DNA of 60,455 nt, filler included, from Sphacelaria rigidula (Eukaryota), in the NCBI GenBank assembly GCA_964200075.2. It is 7 parts of 7 records of this genome, joined end to end, with 100 filler letters (N's around TTAATTAATTAA, not from the genome) between each part and the next. Parts side by side here need not be neighbours in the genome. Positions count along the whole stretch, not along the records: positions 34,608 to 43,157 come from CAXNAA020010809.1; positions 43,258 to 51,806 come from CAXNAA020010810.1; 5 more parts are not named here. One strand, given 5' to 3'. The notes below the pieces were generated by a model. The model had not been told where the DNA came from and made no database searches. It saw only the letters and a program-made list of their open reading frames with translations. Below are positions 36,205-46,437 of the stretch, piece after piece. Both the position numbers and the translations under genes were made by a program. Every line of letters starts with the position of its first letter. The first letter of the stretch is position 1.

Positions 36205-36223
36205 TGGTGTTGAGTAAACACCA
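36205..36223 (-). terminator. Histone mRNA 3' stem-loop (H2A)
   Basis: TGGTGTT-TACTC-AACACCA followed by CCC, about 82 nt after the stop. Identical to the element after H2B. Confidence 0.8.
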
Positions 36224-36305
36224 GGGGTTTGTTTTGGCCCCACCGTGCGGCGGACGCAGGAGGTCTGCCAGAGTCGAGACATCACATGATATTTCCAGGG
36301 GAAGC

Positions 36306-36683
36306 TCAGTCCTTTTTCACCACCTTCTTCGGCAGAAGGACAGCGTGGATGTTGGGCAGCACGCCGCCTGAAGCGATCGTCACCTCGCCGAGCAGCTTGT
36401 TCAGCTCCTCGTCGTTGCGCACAGCCAGCTGGATGTGGCGGGGCACGATACGGGCCTTCTTGTTGTCGCGAGCGGCATTGCCAGCCAGCTCCAGCACTTC
36501 AGCAGTCAGGTACTCCAGCACAGCCGCCAGGTACACCGGGGCACCGGCGCCCACACGAGACGCGTACTTGCCCTTCTTGAGGAAACGACCGATACGGCCG
36601 ACGGGGAACTGCAGGCCCGCCTTCGCCGACCTGGTCACCGACTTCTTGCCCTCACCGCGTCCGCCCTTTCCCTTGCCAGACAT
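36306..36683 (-). CDS. H2A: Histone H2A (canonical type, intronless)
   Basis: [66 protein letters not shown]. No C-terminal SQ motif. Confidence 0.99.
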   Translation of the reverse strand: MSGKGKGGRGEGKKSVTRSAKAGLQFPVGRIGRFLKKGKYASRVGAGAPVYLAAVLEYLTAEVLELAGNAARDNKKARIVPRHIQLAVRNDEELNKLLGEVTIASGGVLPNIHAVLLPKKVVKKD

Positions 36684-37055
36684 GATTGATATTACTGATT
36701 GGTTTCAGAGGTGCTGAAGGTGTGTGTTGTGGCGGTAGATGCAAGTGTGAGCAGGAGGGGGAAGTCACAGGAGCAAAACAACAGTGCGATCGGTCTGTCT
36801 GTCTCAAATTCAAATTTGAAAAGGTTCGAGAACGCCTTTATTGCAACGGCTGTACAGTAACGTCACTGATTGACCCACGCAAACGTGAGGTGTGAACGGG
36901 AACATCAAACGAACACGCCTCCTCCACTACCAATTTTGAATTTTGAGCTCGACTGGCCATATACTTCGCACCTCAACCTCACCCAGCCCCCCTCCTCAAA
37001 CCCATCCATCCCACCGTACCCACTTTCGGACACCGTCTCATAACAAAGAGTAAAG
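36684..37055. promoter_or_regulatory. Bidirectional H2A/H2B promoter region
   Basis: 372-bp gap between divergent ATGs. TTTGAA-containing motifs at 36804-36820 and 36930-36946. Confidence 0.7.
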
Positions 37056-37406
37056 ATGGCCAAGACACCGTCGAAGAAGTCTGCTAAGGCCCCCAAGAAG
37101 GCCGGAGACAAGAAGAAAAAGGCCAAGAAGGTGGAGTCGTACTCGTCCTACATCTACAAGGTGTTGAAGCAGGTGCACCCGGACACGGGTATCTCCAAGC
37201 GCGGCATGTCTATCATGAACTCGTTCATCAACGACGTGTTCGAGCGCGTGGCGGGCGAGTCCGGCAAGCTGACCCGGTACAACAAGAAGTCGACGCTGTC
37301 CTCTCGCGAGGTGCAGACGGCCGTGCGTCTGATGCTCCCCGGAGAGTTGGCGAAGCACGCCGTGTCTGAGGGCACGAAGGCTGTTACCAAGTTCACGTCT
37401 TCCTAG
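37056..37406 (+). CDS. H2B: Histone H2B (intronless)
   Basis: [38 protein letters not shown]...[30 protein letters not shown]. Confidence 0.99.
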   Translation: MAKTPSKKSAKAPKKAGDKKKKAKKVESYSSYIYKVLKQVHPDTGISKRGMSIMNSFINDVFERVAGESGKLTRYNKKSTLSSREVQTAVRLMLPGELAKHAVSEGTKAVTKFTSS

Positions 37407-37510
37407 TTCCATCTGTAGTGAGTCTTGATTCGACTACCTCGAGAGCAACGGGAGACTTGCGGAGCAGTGGACACCGTGACGCACCTCCCCCAGCTCTCCT
37501 TGAACAACCT

Positions 37511-37529
37511 TGGTGTTTACTCAACACCA
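37511..37529 (+). terminator. Histone mRNA 3' stem-loop (H2B)
   Basis: TGGTGTT-TACTC-AACACCA followed by CCCA, about 104 nt after the stop. Confidence 0.8.
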
Positions 37530-37952
37530 CCCACGAGCAAAAAGAAAACGCGCCCCAACACAGTACCAGTCTGCCCCGAGGATGCGAAGATGGACTTGCG
37601 GCTGCCACAACTAGACGCCGTACAGGCGAGGTGAGATTCAAGCGAACGTTGTTTGGTGTGGGTGAACGGGTGTTCAGGGGATTCGCAGTTGCCGGTCCGT
37701 AGAAGGAGGGCATGAATAGTGTGAGGATGTCCTCCCCGAAACCATACTCGTGGTGCTGATTGTCCCTGATAATCCCACGGCATCATCTCCTCAGCCAGCG
37801 AGCGTGCAGGAATCAAAAACGGGGGAATTCGATTCGACCGCACGTTTTCGACATGAGAAGAGTTTGAGACTGCCTTGTTCTGGTGACGGTGTAAAAAATT
37901 TAATCTGTGACACAATTTCTAGCCGTTGCCGAATTCACCATCTATTCTAGAC

Positions 37953-38267
37953 ACCAGTCCACACCTTTCGGTATATGTGGGCACACCAGCCGGGGTCACA
38001 CGAGAGGGCCAATTCTCCATGAATAGTACTCCTACCCATATTTGCGATGTCCACCTTATTTTTTTCATCGCAGGGAGTTTAGCGATTCCTTCCCCTCGTC
38101 GCCCGGGAAATCGAATCTTGCGTACTCACACCCTCGCTTTCCACTACTGTTGCACTGCTTGTCATGGTGATGTGAAGATCCCGGATCGTGCAACCTCACC
38201 GAGATTCGACCCACTACCCAATTGTTAAGCCTCGAGTATTACCAGCGTGGCCACCGGGGCGATCGGC
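37953..38267 (-). mobile_element. tRNA-derived SINE (diverged)
   Basis: Head gccgatcgccccggtggcc on the minus strand; body matches 6123-6495. Confidence 0.7.
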
Positions 38268-38713
38268 TTTGCAACTTCGGATGAGTGAGGCTGTACTGTC
38301 GCGTGCGTTTGTCTTCCTGAAATGTTGAAATGCCCCCTGTGCGATTGCGCCGCGGAGGAGCTGGTTCGCAACGTGCGATCTGAACGACGGACGGTGCGTC
38401 AACATGCGGCTGTAGTACAGAAAGCTGCCATTTTTTTATGGGAAATTGACGAAAATAAGGCCTACGGTTGTTCCATCATCTCATGAATCAGAGTTGATTT
38501 TGATTTTTGAAGCTGATGTGATTTATGTCAACGATTACATCAGCACGTCGATGACTAACTGATTATCATCTCATCAACATGAATCAACTAAGTCGCAATA
38601 ACTTGGTGAGTCTTGATTAGTTACACCTCGCATGAGCACGGTACCCGCTATCGGCTATCGAGGTACCTCTCCCCACAAAAACCGGCGGGGCTTTCCTTCT
38701 TGCACAGCTGTTT

Positions 38714-39073
38714 TTGTGTGTGTCGTCCCATTTATTGTGGGCGCCAGTCTACCTCTTTCGGAATATGTGGGCGCATCAGCCGAGGGGTCACACAGGAGGA
38801 AGGTCAACACAAGAGCTTTTTCTTTTTTTCATATTTTTAGTACCCCCACCTTTTCTTTTGCGGTGCTTGCCTTTTATTTTTTATCGCGAGAGGGGTTTAG
38901 CAGTCCCTTTCCCTCGTCGACCATTGGGTCGAATTGTGTGTACCCACGACATGGTCGCTCTCCACTGTTGAGCATGATACAAGAAAAAATCCCAGATCGC
39001 TCCGGGAATCGAACCCCATCACTCAACCATCAAAAAGTTACGAGGCTACCAACTGAGCCACCGGGGCGACCGG
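38714..39073 (-). mobile_element. tRNA-derived SINE
   Basis: Minus-strand head ccggtcgccccggtggctcagttggtag...gggttcgattccc and a CA-rich tail. Confidence 0.8.
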
Positions 39074-39377
39074 TACTTCTGTTGTACAAATGGCATACGA
39101 TCGTAGTCGAATTCGTATACGAGGAGGTTGGGGTCCATCGAGCTGTGTGTTAGTGTAGACTTGTGTCTACTTATTGTGCCGGTCACGAGTGGTGTGGTGC
39201 CTCTTGATATTTTCCACACGCTGGATGATGACAATGAACCATCTGGTCAAAAAGTGAACTTCGTACAGTATTAACTCTTGCTTCCATGACCATAGACAAC
39301 AGATTCCATACTGTACGCATTACACTTTTTGACACTGTGATTTGTTGTCCAGGGTGTGATAGTTTGCAATCTGATTT

Positions 39378-39738
39378 GCCGGTCGCCCTGGTGGCACAGT
39401 TGGTAACCTCGAAACTTTCTGGCGGTTGGGTCGTGGGTTTGAATCTCGGAGCGATCTGCGATTTTTTCTCACACGATGCCCAACAGTGGAGAGCGACCAT
39501 GTCGTGGGTACATACAATTCGTCTTCATGGTCGACGAGGGAAAGTAACTGCTGAAGCCCTCTCGCCTTAGGAAGGAAGGCAAGCGCCGCAAAAGGGAGCT
39601 GGAGAATTGAAACAAACAGTAAAGGGAAAACTCCTGTGTTGGTTGGCCTCCTTCCTTTGTCACCCCGGCTGGTGCGCCCACATATACCGCAAGGTGTAGA
39701 CCGGCGCCCAGAGTAGATGGGACGACAACACACACACA
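39378..39738 (+). mobile_element. tRNA-derived SINE
   Basis: gccggtcgccctggtggcacagttggtaa...gggtttgaatctc, ending in (CA)n. Confidence 0.8.
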
Positions 39739-40432
39739 TTTCACAGTGCATCCAGTGCTGCGTGGGCAAAGCTACTGTAGTTGGAAGGTTGTCCTTAGTG
39801 CTTCTTCCCAGGAAAGCCATCATGTGCTCGGGAATTGGGGTGAAAACGTGACGACACGCCTACGCGCGTAACATCATATTCGGAAAAGCAATGCCCGAGA
39901 AAATCCACGTTGCAGCTGGCCAACTCCATTCTTTCGGTTCCTGCGTATCAACAGGTTCTCGGCACAAAATCTGACCTGTTTCCGCCCCGTTGCACCCATT
40001 GCAACACGCAAGGCCAGAAAGAATCAGCGATAACAAACTTGTTTATTGCGCTTCGAATGACATCTGGCCGAAGTTTCAGCGCCGTGTAGCTCCTTCAGCG
40101 CGTGTACGGCGGTATCTCTCAACATGGCACCTCTAGAGAAGATGCTGGTTACGCGTTTGTACAGATACCCATTTTCCAGAGGAAGCCCGGACTTGGTTTG
40201 TCAGTGATGCAGGCGTATAACTGCACACGACCGGACAGGTTCTGCACCAGCATGTTAACGTCCTCGTTCTTTCACTGTGTGTTAAGGTTGGGCTGTGGGA
40301 TTGCCGCGTTAAGGTCGTTTCGATGCTATACCAAATATCATAACGAGCAGATGAGCTGGGCCAGCCAACAGTTTTTTTCGTCGGTTTATACAGGTGATGT
40401 CCGGCTTTCTTTGAGGATTTAGTCGCAGAGGT

Positions 40433-40640
40433 TTTGACACGGCTTTTTCTCTCCTTTTCACGACACGCACAACATCTCTTGGGGTACCAAGAAGAGGAAA
40501 AGTAATGTTTTCAGCGAAAAGTGAGTGATGTGGGGCTTACTTTGGAGTCAGGCGCTATGATTTTGACACGAACTCTTTTTCAACGACACGCACAACGTTT
40601 CTGAGGATACGAAGAAGAGGGCAAAACACTGTTCGAGCGA
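40433..40640 (+). repeat. Diverged tandem duplication (period about 130 bp)
   Basis: ttttgacacg...cgacacgcacaac...aagaagagg occurs at about 40432 and 40562. Confidence 0.65.
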
Positions 40641-40783
40641 TTTGAATTTTTTAGCAAAAACTAGAAAAGTATGCCACCGCTGTTCCCAAGTGGTCTACCC
40701 GATACAGGAAACTGCAGGTATGGAGGTCACGAGTTCCAATCCCGGCATGACCTTTTTTGGTGCACGATCTGGTTTCGGCGTTG

Positions 40784-41065
40784 ACAATGTTTTCGTGAGA
40801 CAGAATAGAGGATACGATTGAGCGTGAAAAGCGGCCCATCAGTGAATGAAATGTTTCAGTTCCGAAATGCCCCTCCGCGAGGCCCAATACGCTTTCTGTA
40901 GTGGCTTGCCCCTGAGGCCCTTGATATACATCGGTGTGTAGCTGTAAGCACACACCAGTGATGGAGGCAAAGAAAAGCACACACGGAATGAAAAACCTGC
41001 CAAGTTGGAGCAAATGATCAAGTACATTCTCAATCAGCGCTCTACTCTCAATCTCACGAAAACTT
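40784..41065 (+). mobile_element. MITE, same family as 2442-2734 (a partial copy also at about 41360-41455)
   Basis: acaatgttttcgtgaga ... ctctactctcaatctcacgaaaac, with the shared internal sequence. Confidence 0.8.
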
Positions 41066-43083
41066 CGTTCTTTACAGAATGTTCTTGCTTCATCGGAAAC
41101 AGGTGATTTCGATACTTTGGCACGAGCTTCTGTCCCCCAAGGACGCGACGCTGGTCGTCTCGCTTGAGTGTGACTTAGGCTTCTCTCCAATAATACCTAT
41201 CTTGAACACTTCCCCGCTTCCCTGAACGCCCAGTTGCCCAAAATTACTGTCAGCACACGTTCTTTCTTTCCAATTATGAAAAGGACAGTCGCCATCGGGG
41301 ATTCGACCGAGGAACAGCGTCGCAGCCCAGTCCCTGTTGGATACTCGTACTTTCGAAAAATTTTCGTGAGATTGAGTCCACGACACGATTGGGAGTGAGA
41401 AGCCGTCAATTGATTCATGAAATAGCTTCAGTTCAGAACTGCCCCTCCGGGCCCTATACAGGCTGGTTCAGGGTGAACGCACAAAATTTGAAATTCGTTC
41501 CCCACTAGAGAAAGAACGCGAAACTGACCCCAACACGAAGCAGAAACATTTGATATCGTGGTCACCCCCACCAGCAAGCGAACAGAGTTACATGGTCACT
41601 TTTTCTTGCGTCCTTTGCCGTGGCGCTATTAGTGAAAGTGTTTCTAGGCCAATCAGCGACCTTCAAGTTGTTCTGAAATAAAAACGCGAATTTCTGACTC
41701 AATTTGTACCCAATCTCATCACAAATCAAACCTCAATGACTGCCATTTAGCTGAGAAATATAACTAAAAACGCAGCTTTGAGAATGTCTTGTATGGGATC
41801 GAGTTACACCCCGAAACGTAGTATTTTGGTGACGTGGGATGTTTGTTTCGTCGGGTGTTTACGTTTTCCCTTGTTACTTTGGTGCAAGAGCTCTGATCAT
41901 CCTCAAACTTGGCAGTCAGGTAGATATGGGTGCTACGACTTCAAAAACACGTTGAATATCACGACTTTTATCCGCTCTCTACCGGCTTCCGGGGGTCCCA
42001 TCGTGAAGACCCCCTTGAAGGTCAGTACAGATTGCTTTCAAATTCAAAATTTCGAATTCGACTCGTCCCGAGGTAATAATCCAAGGAACAATTTTCGTTG
42101 CGTGACTCGAAAAGCTGATTCCGAATGGTCGATCTAAGCTCAAGCGCACAAGGAAAATGTCGGTAGCGTACTATCATTAAGTATACACAGTTAGGGGTTG
42201 TTTCGCGTACATGTGTATACCTCAACGCACAAACCGCCGATAGCTCGCGCCGTTTTTTTTTAGCTAGACCCTGAAATTTTGCATACCGGTTCTCTGAAAT
42301 TTTTAGAAGGACTGAATGAATGCGGTGTTCCGATTTTGTTCGTTTTCCACCAGATATCCAGGGTCCCAGGAGGGGGGTTCAGATCACCCCTCCTGGAACC
42401 CCGGATACCTGGCAAGAAACGAACAAACGAAACACTCCATCTTCAAGAGGCAGGATTACACATCTGATATCGATAATCACTACAATTTCGATAAATATAG
42501 GCGATACGCAGTATCGATATCGATGCGTAGTAAACGATATTTGTCGTTACGTGTCAATGCCGAATTTCGATATTGACTATCGATACGCTCGATATATGGC
42601 CACGTTTTCATCACGTTAGCTCAATCTCTCGAACCCGTGGTCACAGGAACTGTAGGGGGGTGGTATTTTCCAAACGGCAGACCACCAGTTGTTTCAGCGC
42701 CACCCCCCGACACTCTACAAGTTCGCCTGTACACACCACACAACACGCAACCCACAGCACCGCTGCATTCCACTCAGCGTCAGCGCATTACTTGCTGCGA
42801 ACCACAACGGTGTGCAATATGAGCCTTCAGACTTTCGGCTTTGTCTCCGGCCGTGAATGCCCAGCTGGTGCCTCGTGGGTTTGGCGATTTGATTCATCGG
42901 GGGTGTTTAACAACGGCTACCTACGGGTGGCGTGGCGGAGTAGATCTGGGGTCACGATCACTGCAAAGCTGCAAATAAAAGTAGAAAAACAGCTGTCCTT
43001 CGGAGTATGAGGAGATGGTAGTGTCGCTTCGCCGTTCCTCCATGTTTCACGAGTGGTGAATTTCTTTCCCCCCCCCCATCCAT

Positions 43084-43157
43084 CCTGCCAGAAAGGAGGA
43101 AAAGATATAACAGTCGTCGTCTGGAGGAGGAAGTAGATCGACAGAATTGCCTCTGTG
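43084..43157 (+). mobile_element. 5'-truncated LINE family A copy, cut by the contig end
   Basis: ggaggaggaagtagat...agaattgcc matches about 10290-10320. Begins just after a C10 tract (43068-43077). Confidence 0.65.
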
Positions 43158-43257
43158 NNNNNNNNNNNNNNNNNNNNNNNNNNNNNNNNNNNNNNNNNNN
43201 NTTAATTAATTAANNNNNNNNNNNNNNNNNNNNNNNNNNNNNNNNNNNNNNNNNNNN
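43158..43257. other. Artificial contig spacer
   Basis: Same 100-bp structure. Confidence 0.97.
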
Positions 43258-43787
43258 TGGTGATTTTGAGTCGTGATGATTTGTCCTAACCGTGCAACAT
43301 TAGACCCAAGGACAGCCCAGTAAGAAGTCCACATGAATTACGCCGTGAGTCGTGAGCGTGCACGATCACCACGTTCTGTTTCGTTTAGTGGGGCCATTTT
43401 GTAGCCAACTTGCAGCGCGGAGATTTTTCCTACACCATATCAATGGTGTTACCTGGTTGTCGCACAAAGGAAGACGGCGGAGAGCAGATATTCCGGGTAC
43501 ACACATCCATACAACTCATACACATCGCAGGAGCAGTGATAACTCAAAAGGTGAGGTTGCAACGCTGCATTACTCACTCGTCGGACGATATATTTTCTGT
43601 TCGTTGTGTACCTTCCTTCTTACAGCCGGAATACACCGGACCCATCAACACGCGATAGATGCGCATATGCGCAGCATCATGATACCAAACTTTCCTTTGC
43701 TCGAAGCACTACGGCACACTCAGACACCCAGCGAACACAAATAGAGCGCCAGACAGAATGGGTATGTACCATCATTAGAGCACTCAC

Positions 43788-43835
43788 AATTTGGAGTTTG
43801 ATCGTCTTGCTATCAAGCTCGATGGTGCGGATTTT
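43788..43835 (-). CDS. RAB1: Rab1 exon (48 nt)
   Basis: cag|[16 protein letters not shown]|gtgagt. Confidence 0.9.
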
Positions 43836-46437
43836 CTGTTCGAACGGGCACGAGAATTATCCAAGAACAGGCGCAACAAGCAGCAGCAGCGGAACAAACA
43901 CGGGGATTAGCTCAAGTAGTACATTTTCAAAATCATGACCACGAAAAATAATTATAATCATGCCATCCCCCTGGTCTTCCCGGTGTGACCCAGATTCTAG
44001 GGAATTGCTAGCGTCTAGCGAGAAAAAATCACCCGGAAAATTCCGTGACTGTACGACTGGTATTGCTCACAAGGGTGAATAACACTCTTCCACGATCGTC
44101 TCTTATACCGGGATATCGATCACGGGAGAGTGTCTGCACTAACAAACGACCCCATGGGCAAGACCGTATTCGACGAGGCCTCTCCATTTATCATGGCACG
44201 TTTCGACGCTAATTGCAACGTGGTCTTGATGAAAATTTCATGCTGGAAAAATATTTCATCACCACGGAGTGTCATTTTCCATTCTTGCACGGTACACAAG
44301 ATTCATGCCACATTGTAGCTTCCAACTGCTCCGGTGGAGTTTGAACTACAGCGATGCTATACAGAGGGGGCGAACCCCGACGTCCATCAATTAACTGCAT
44401 CAGACAACATGGCACATGGTGGGCCGTACGCAGCCCTAAGGTGCCAATTGAAGGAGAGTAAGAGCGCCTGCAAATCCGCTAGAACAGCGGGTACACGGGT
44501 AGCTGCATCGTTCTTGATATCACCTTGATGCTTTTCGCCAGTACAGGTGCCACGAGGGTGGACCTGCACCTTGAGATCCTTCTATTTCAGTGAACTGCGC
44601 TATGGACCCCAATACGAACGCGGGCACCAACGTAGCTGCTAGGTTCGCGACTTGTAGTGAGGGGCATTCTAGATCCGGGTGATGCGTTGCAAAAACAGGG
44701 GAGGGGGGGCGTACTCATCTTTGTTGCTTGCCTTGGTCATTTGACCAGTGACCACACATCCTTTTCGAGACGGAGCACCACTCCTACTCCGAATAGACAC
44801 CTCAAACACTTGGGCGTTCATGAGGTTTCTCCCATTCATTACACAAGAGTCTTGCACACATCCTATCATGTTCCTGTTTCGCCGTCTGTGGCCACCATCC
44901 ATACTAAACTACACCAATCGTTATCTTGCAAGTGAGAAGGGAGGGAGAGTGGGTGACTTCGCCCACCCCTCCCCCTCCCTCACCGCCTCGCAAGACCGTA
45001 ATTTGAACCCTGGCTTCTTTCACTACTCTCGTAGCAACCACATAGCCTGTAAGGAAATAGGGACTCTGTCTAGTCTTGTGTAGAGGAAGGACTCGTCGCT
45101 GTTAAGTCTGTTGTGGAGCAAGGTACAAGAGAAGGCGTACACAAGAACAACTACAATTGAGCTAGCTCATGATCTGGATTAGTACGCTCAACAACAAGTG
45201 TTACTGTAGGAAGCTCATGAGCTGTCCGACGTGAAGCCCTTTACTATTTCGCACATATGTCGGATATGGATCCCTCATCGTACAGGGTATACATATGTGT
45301 ACAAAGTGTCGCTTGTTAGGTCGGATATCACGCCTCCCCCTCTCCCCTCCCGCTCCGTCTCGAAAGGGATGCGTCGTCAATGGTGGAACGAGTAAGGCCA
45401 GCGACAAATGAGTACGCCCCCCCCCCTCCCCTCCCCCTCCTGTTTCACGAAATTCCAAAAAAACGCTGCTCAGGCGGGGCAGTCGAGGAGTGAGGTGTAT
45501 ACCACAGGAGCATTCGAACATGAACACCACGTCACAACACGTCCGTCGAAGCGTGAGTGCGACACCAGTGGACACTAAACAAATAATCGCCCAACGACCA
45601 ATGAACCTGCTGACCCCCGGAGCTCTCGGTATGTGTACTACTGGGGGATCATGCCTATATTGAATTAGATCACAAATGCTCATATTTGCAGCTACACATC
45701 GATTCAATGAAAACCTCCCATCTTGGCATCTTCAGAACCAATATTTCGGCACAAACGTGTACTACAAGCGCTTGATCAGCCGTCTGTCACCCAAAGATAA
45801 CACGCCCCGACATTGTACAAGTAGACAGATTCCGCAAACCTATCTGTCACAGGACCCTGCAGCTCCGGTAGTTAACTGCGCCAACTTTTGCTGATACAGC
45901 GGATCGACGGGAACGATCACTGCTACACATAATGGTAGTTGGAAACTCCGGTGCCCAATAGGTTGAACATTTTACTGCCAAGGTGTCAACTCTTGTAGAA
46001 CTGCCGTGACTTCGGTATCATGTGGCAACGTCCTTGCAGTGAAGATCTATAACTGCCTGTAACTGTCAGTGGAACGGTGAAGATCATACCATAGCCGAGG
46101 GTGTGGGTCCCAATCTCCTTTCGAACGAGGTCGTCCGACGACTTTGACCAACATAGGCTGACACAATCAACTTCCAGTCCTCATCAAACACCAGCAGGAC
46201 AGAAACGCATCATAAGTGTCATCAAATACTGAACGTAGACGAGACTCATGTAGTGTTTCCCGTCTCCAACAATAAAACAAGCAAGAGACAATAACCTCCA
46301 ACTGACTTGCACTCACAAAGTCCACCCCGATGGTGGAGATGTAGCTCTCCGTGTACGTGTCGTCTGCGAACCGCAACAGCAGACACGATTTCCCCACGCC
46401 CGAATCTCCGATCAAAAGCAATTTAAACAGGTAGTCA
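43788..46437 (-). CDS. RAB1: Rab1/Ypt1 small GTPase, partial
   Basis: Exons 46437-46317 ([40 protein letters not shown]) and 43835-43788 ([16 protein letters not shown]) have canonical AG/GT sites and splice in frame. The 3' exons lie beyond the contig. The first exon is not securely found; 47957-47902 is only a weak phase-compatible candidate. Confidence 0.92.
44710..44930 (-). mobile_element. LINE family A 3' fragment in a Rab1 intron
   Basis: [28 protein letters not shown]-rich tracts on both flanks. Confidence 0.8.
45352..45416 (+). mobile_element. LINE family A 65-bp 3' tail between C-rich tracts
   Basis: gctccgtctcgaaagggatgcgtcgtcaatgg...aaatgagtacg, with C tracts at 45333-45351 and 45417-45440. 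Confidence 0.8.
46317..46437 (-). CDS. RAB1: Rab1 exon (P-loop and switch I)
   Basis: cag|[18 protein letters not shown]...STIGVDF|gtgagt. Confidence 0.95.

Noticed and set aside
12949-37406. EsV-1-7, eIF4E, RFT1 and histones as a gene cluster or endogenous giant-virus region
   Set aside because: They lie on different contigs. eIF4E and RFT1 have spliceosomal introns, and no viral core genes were recognised.
36229-37412. ORFs antisense to H2A and H2B
   Set aside because: Shadow ORFs caused by GC-rich codon bias.
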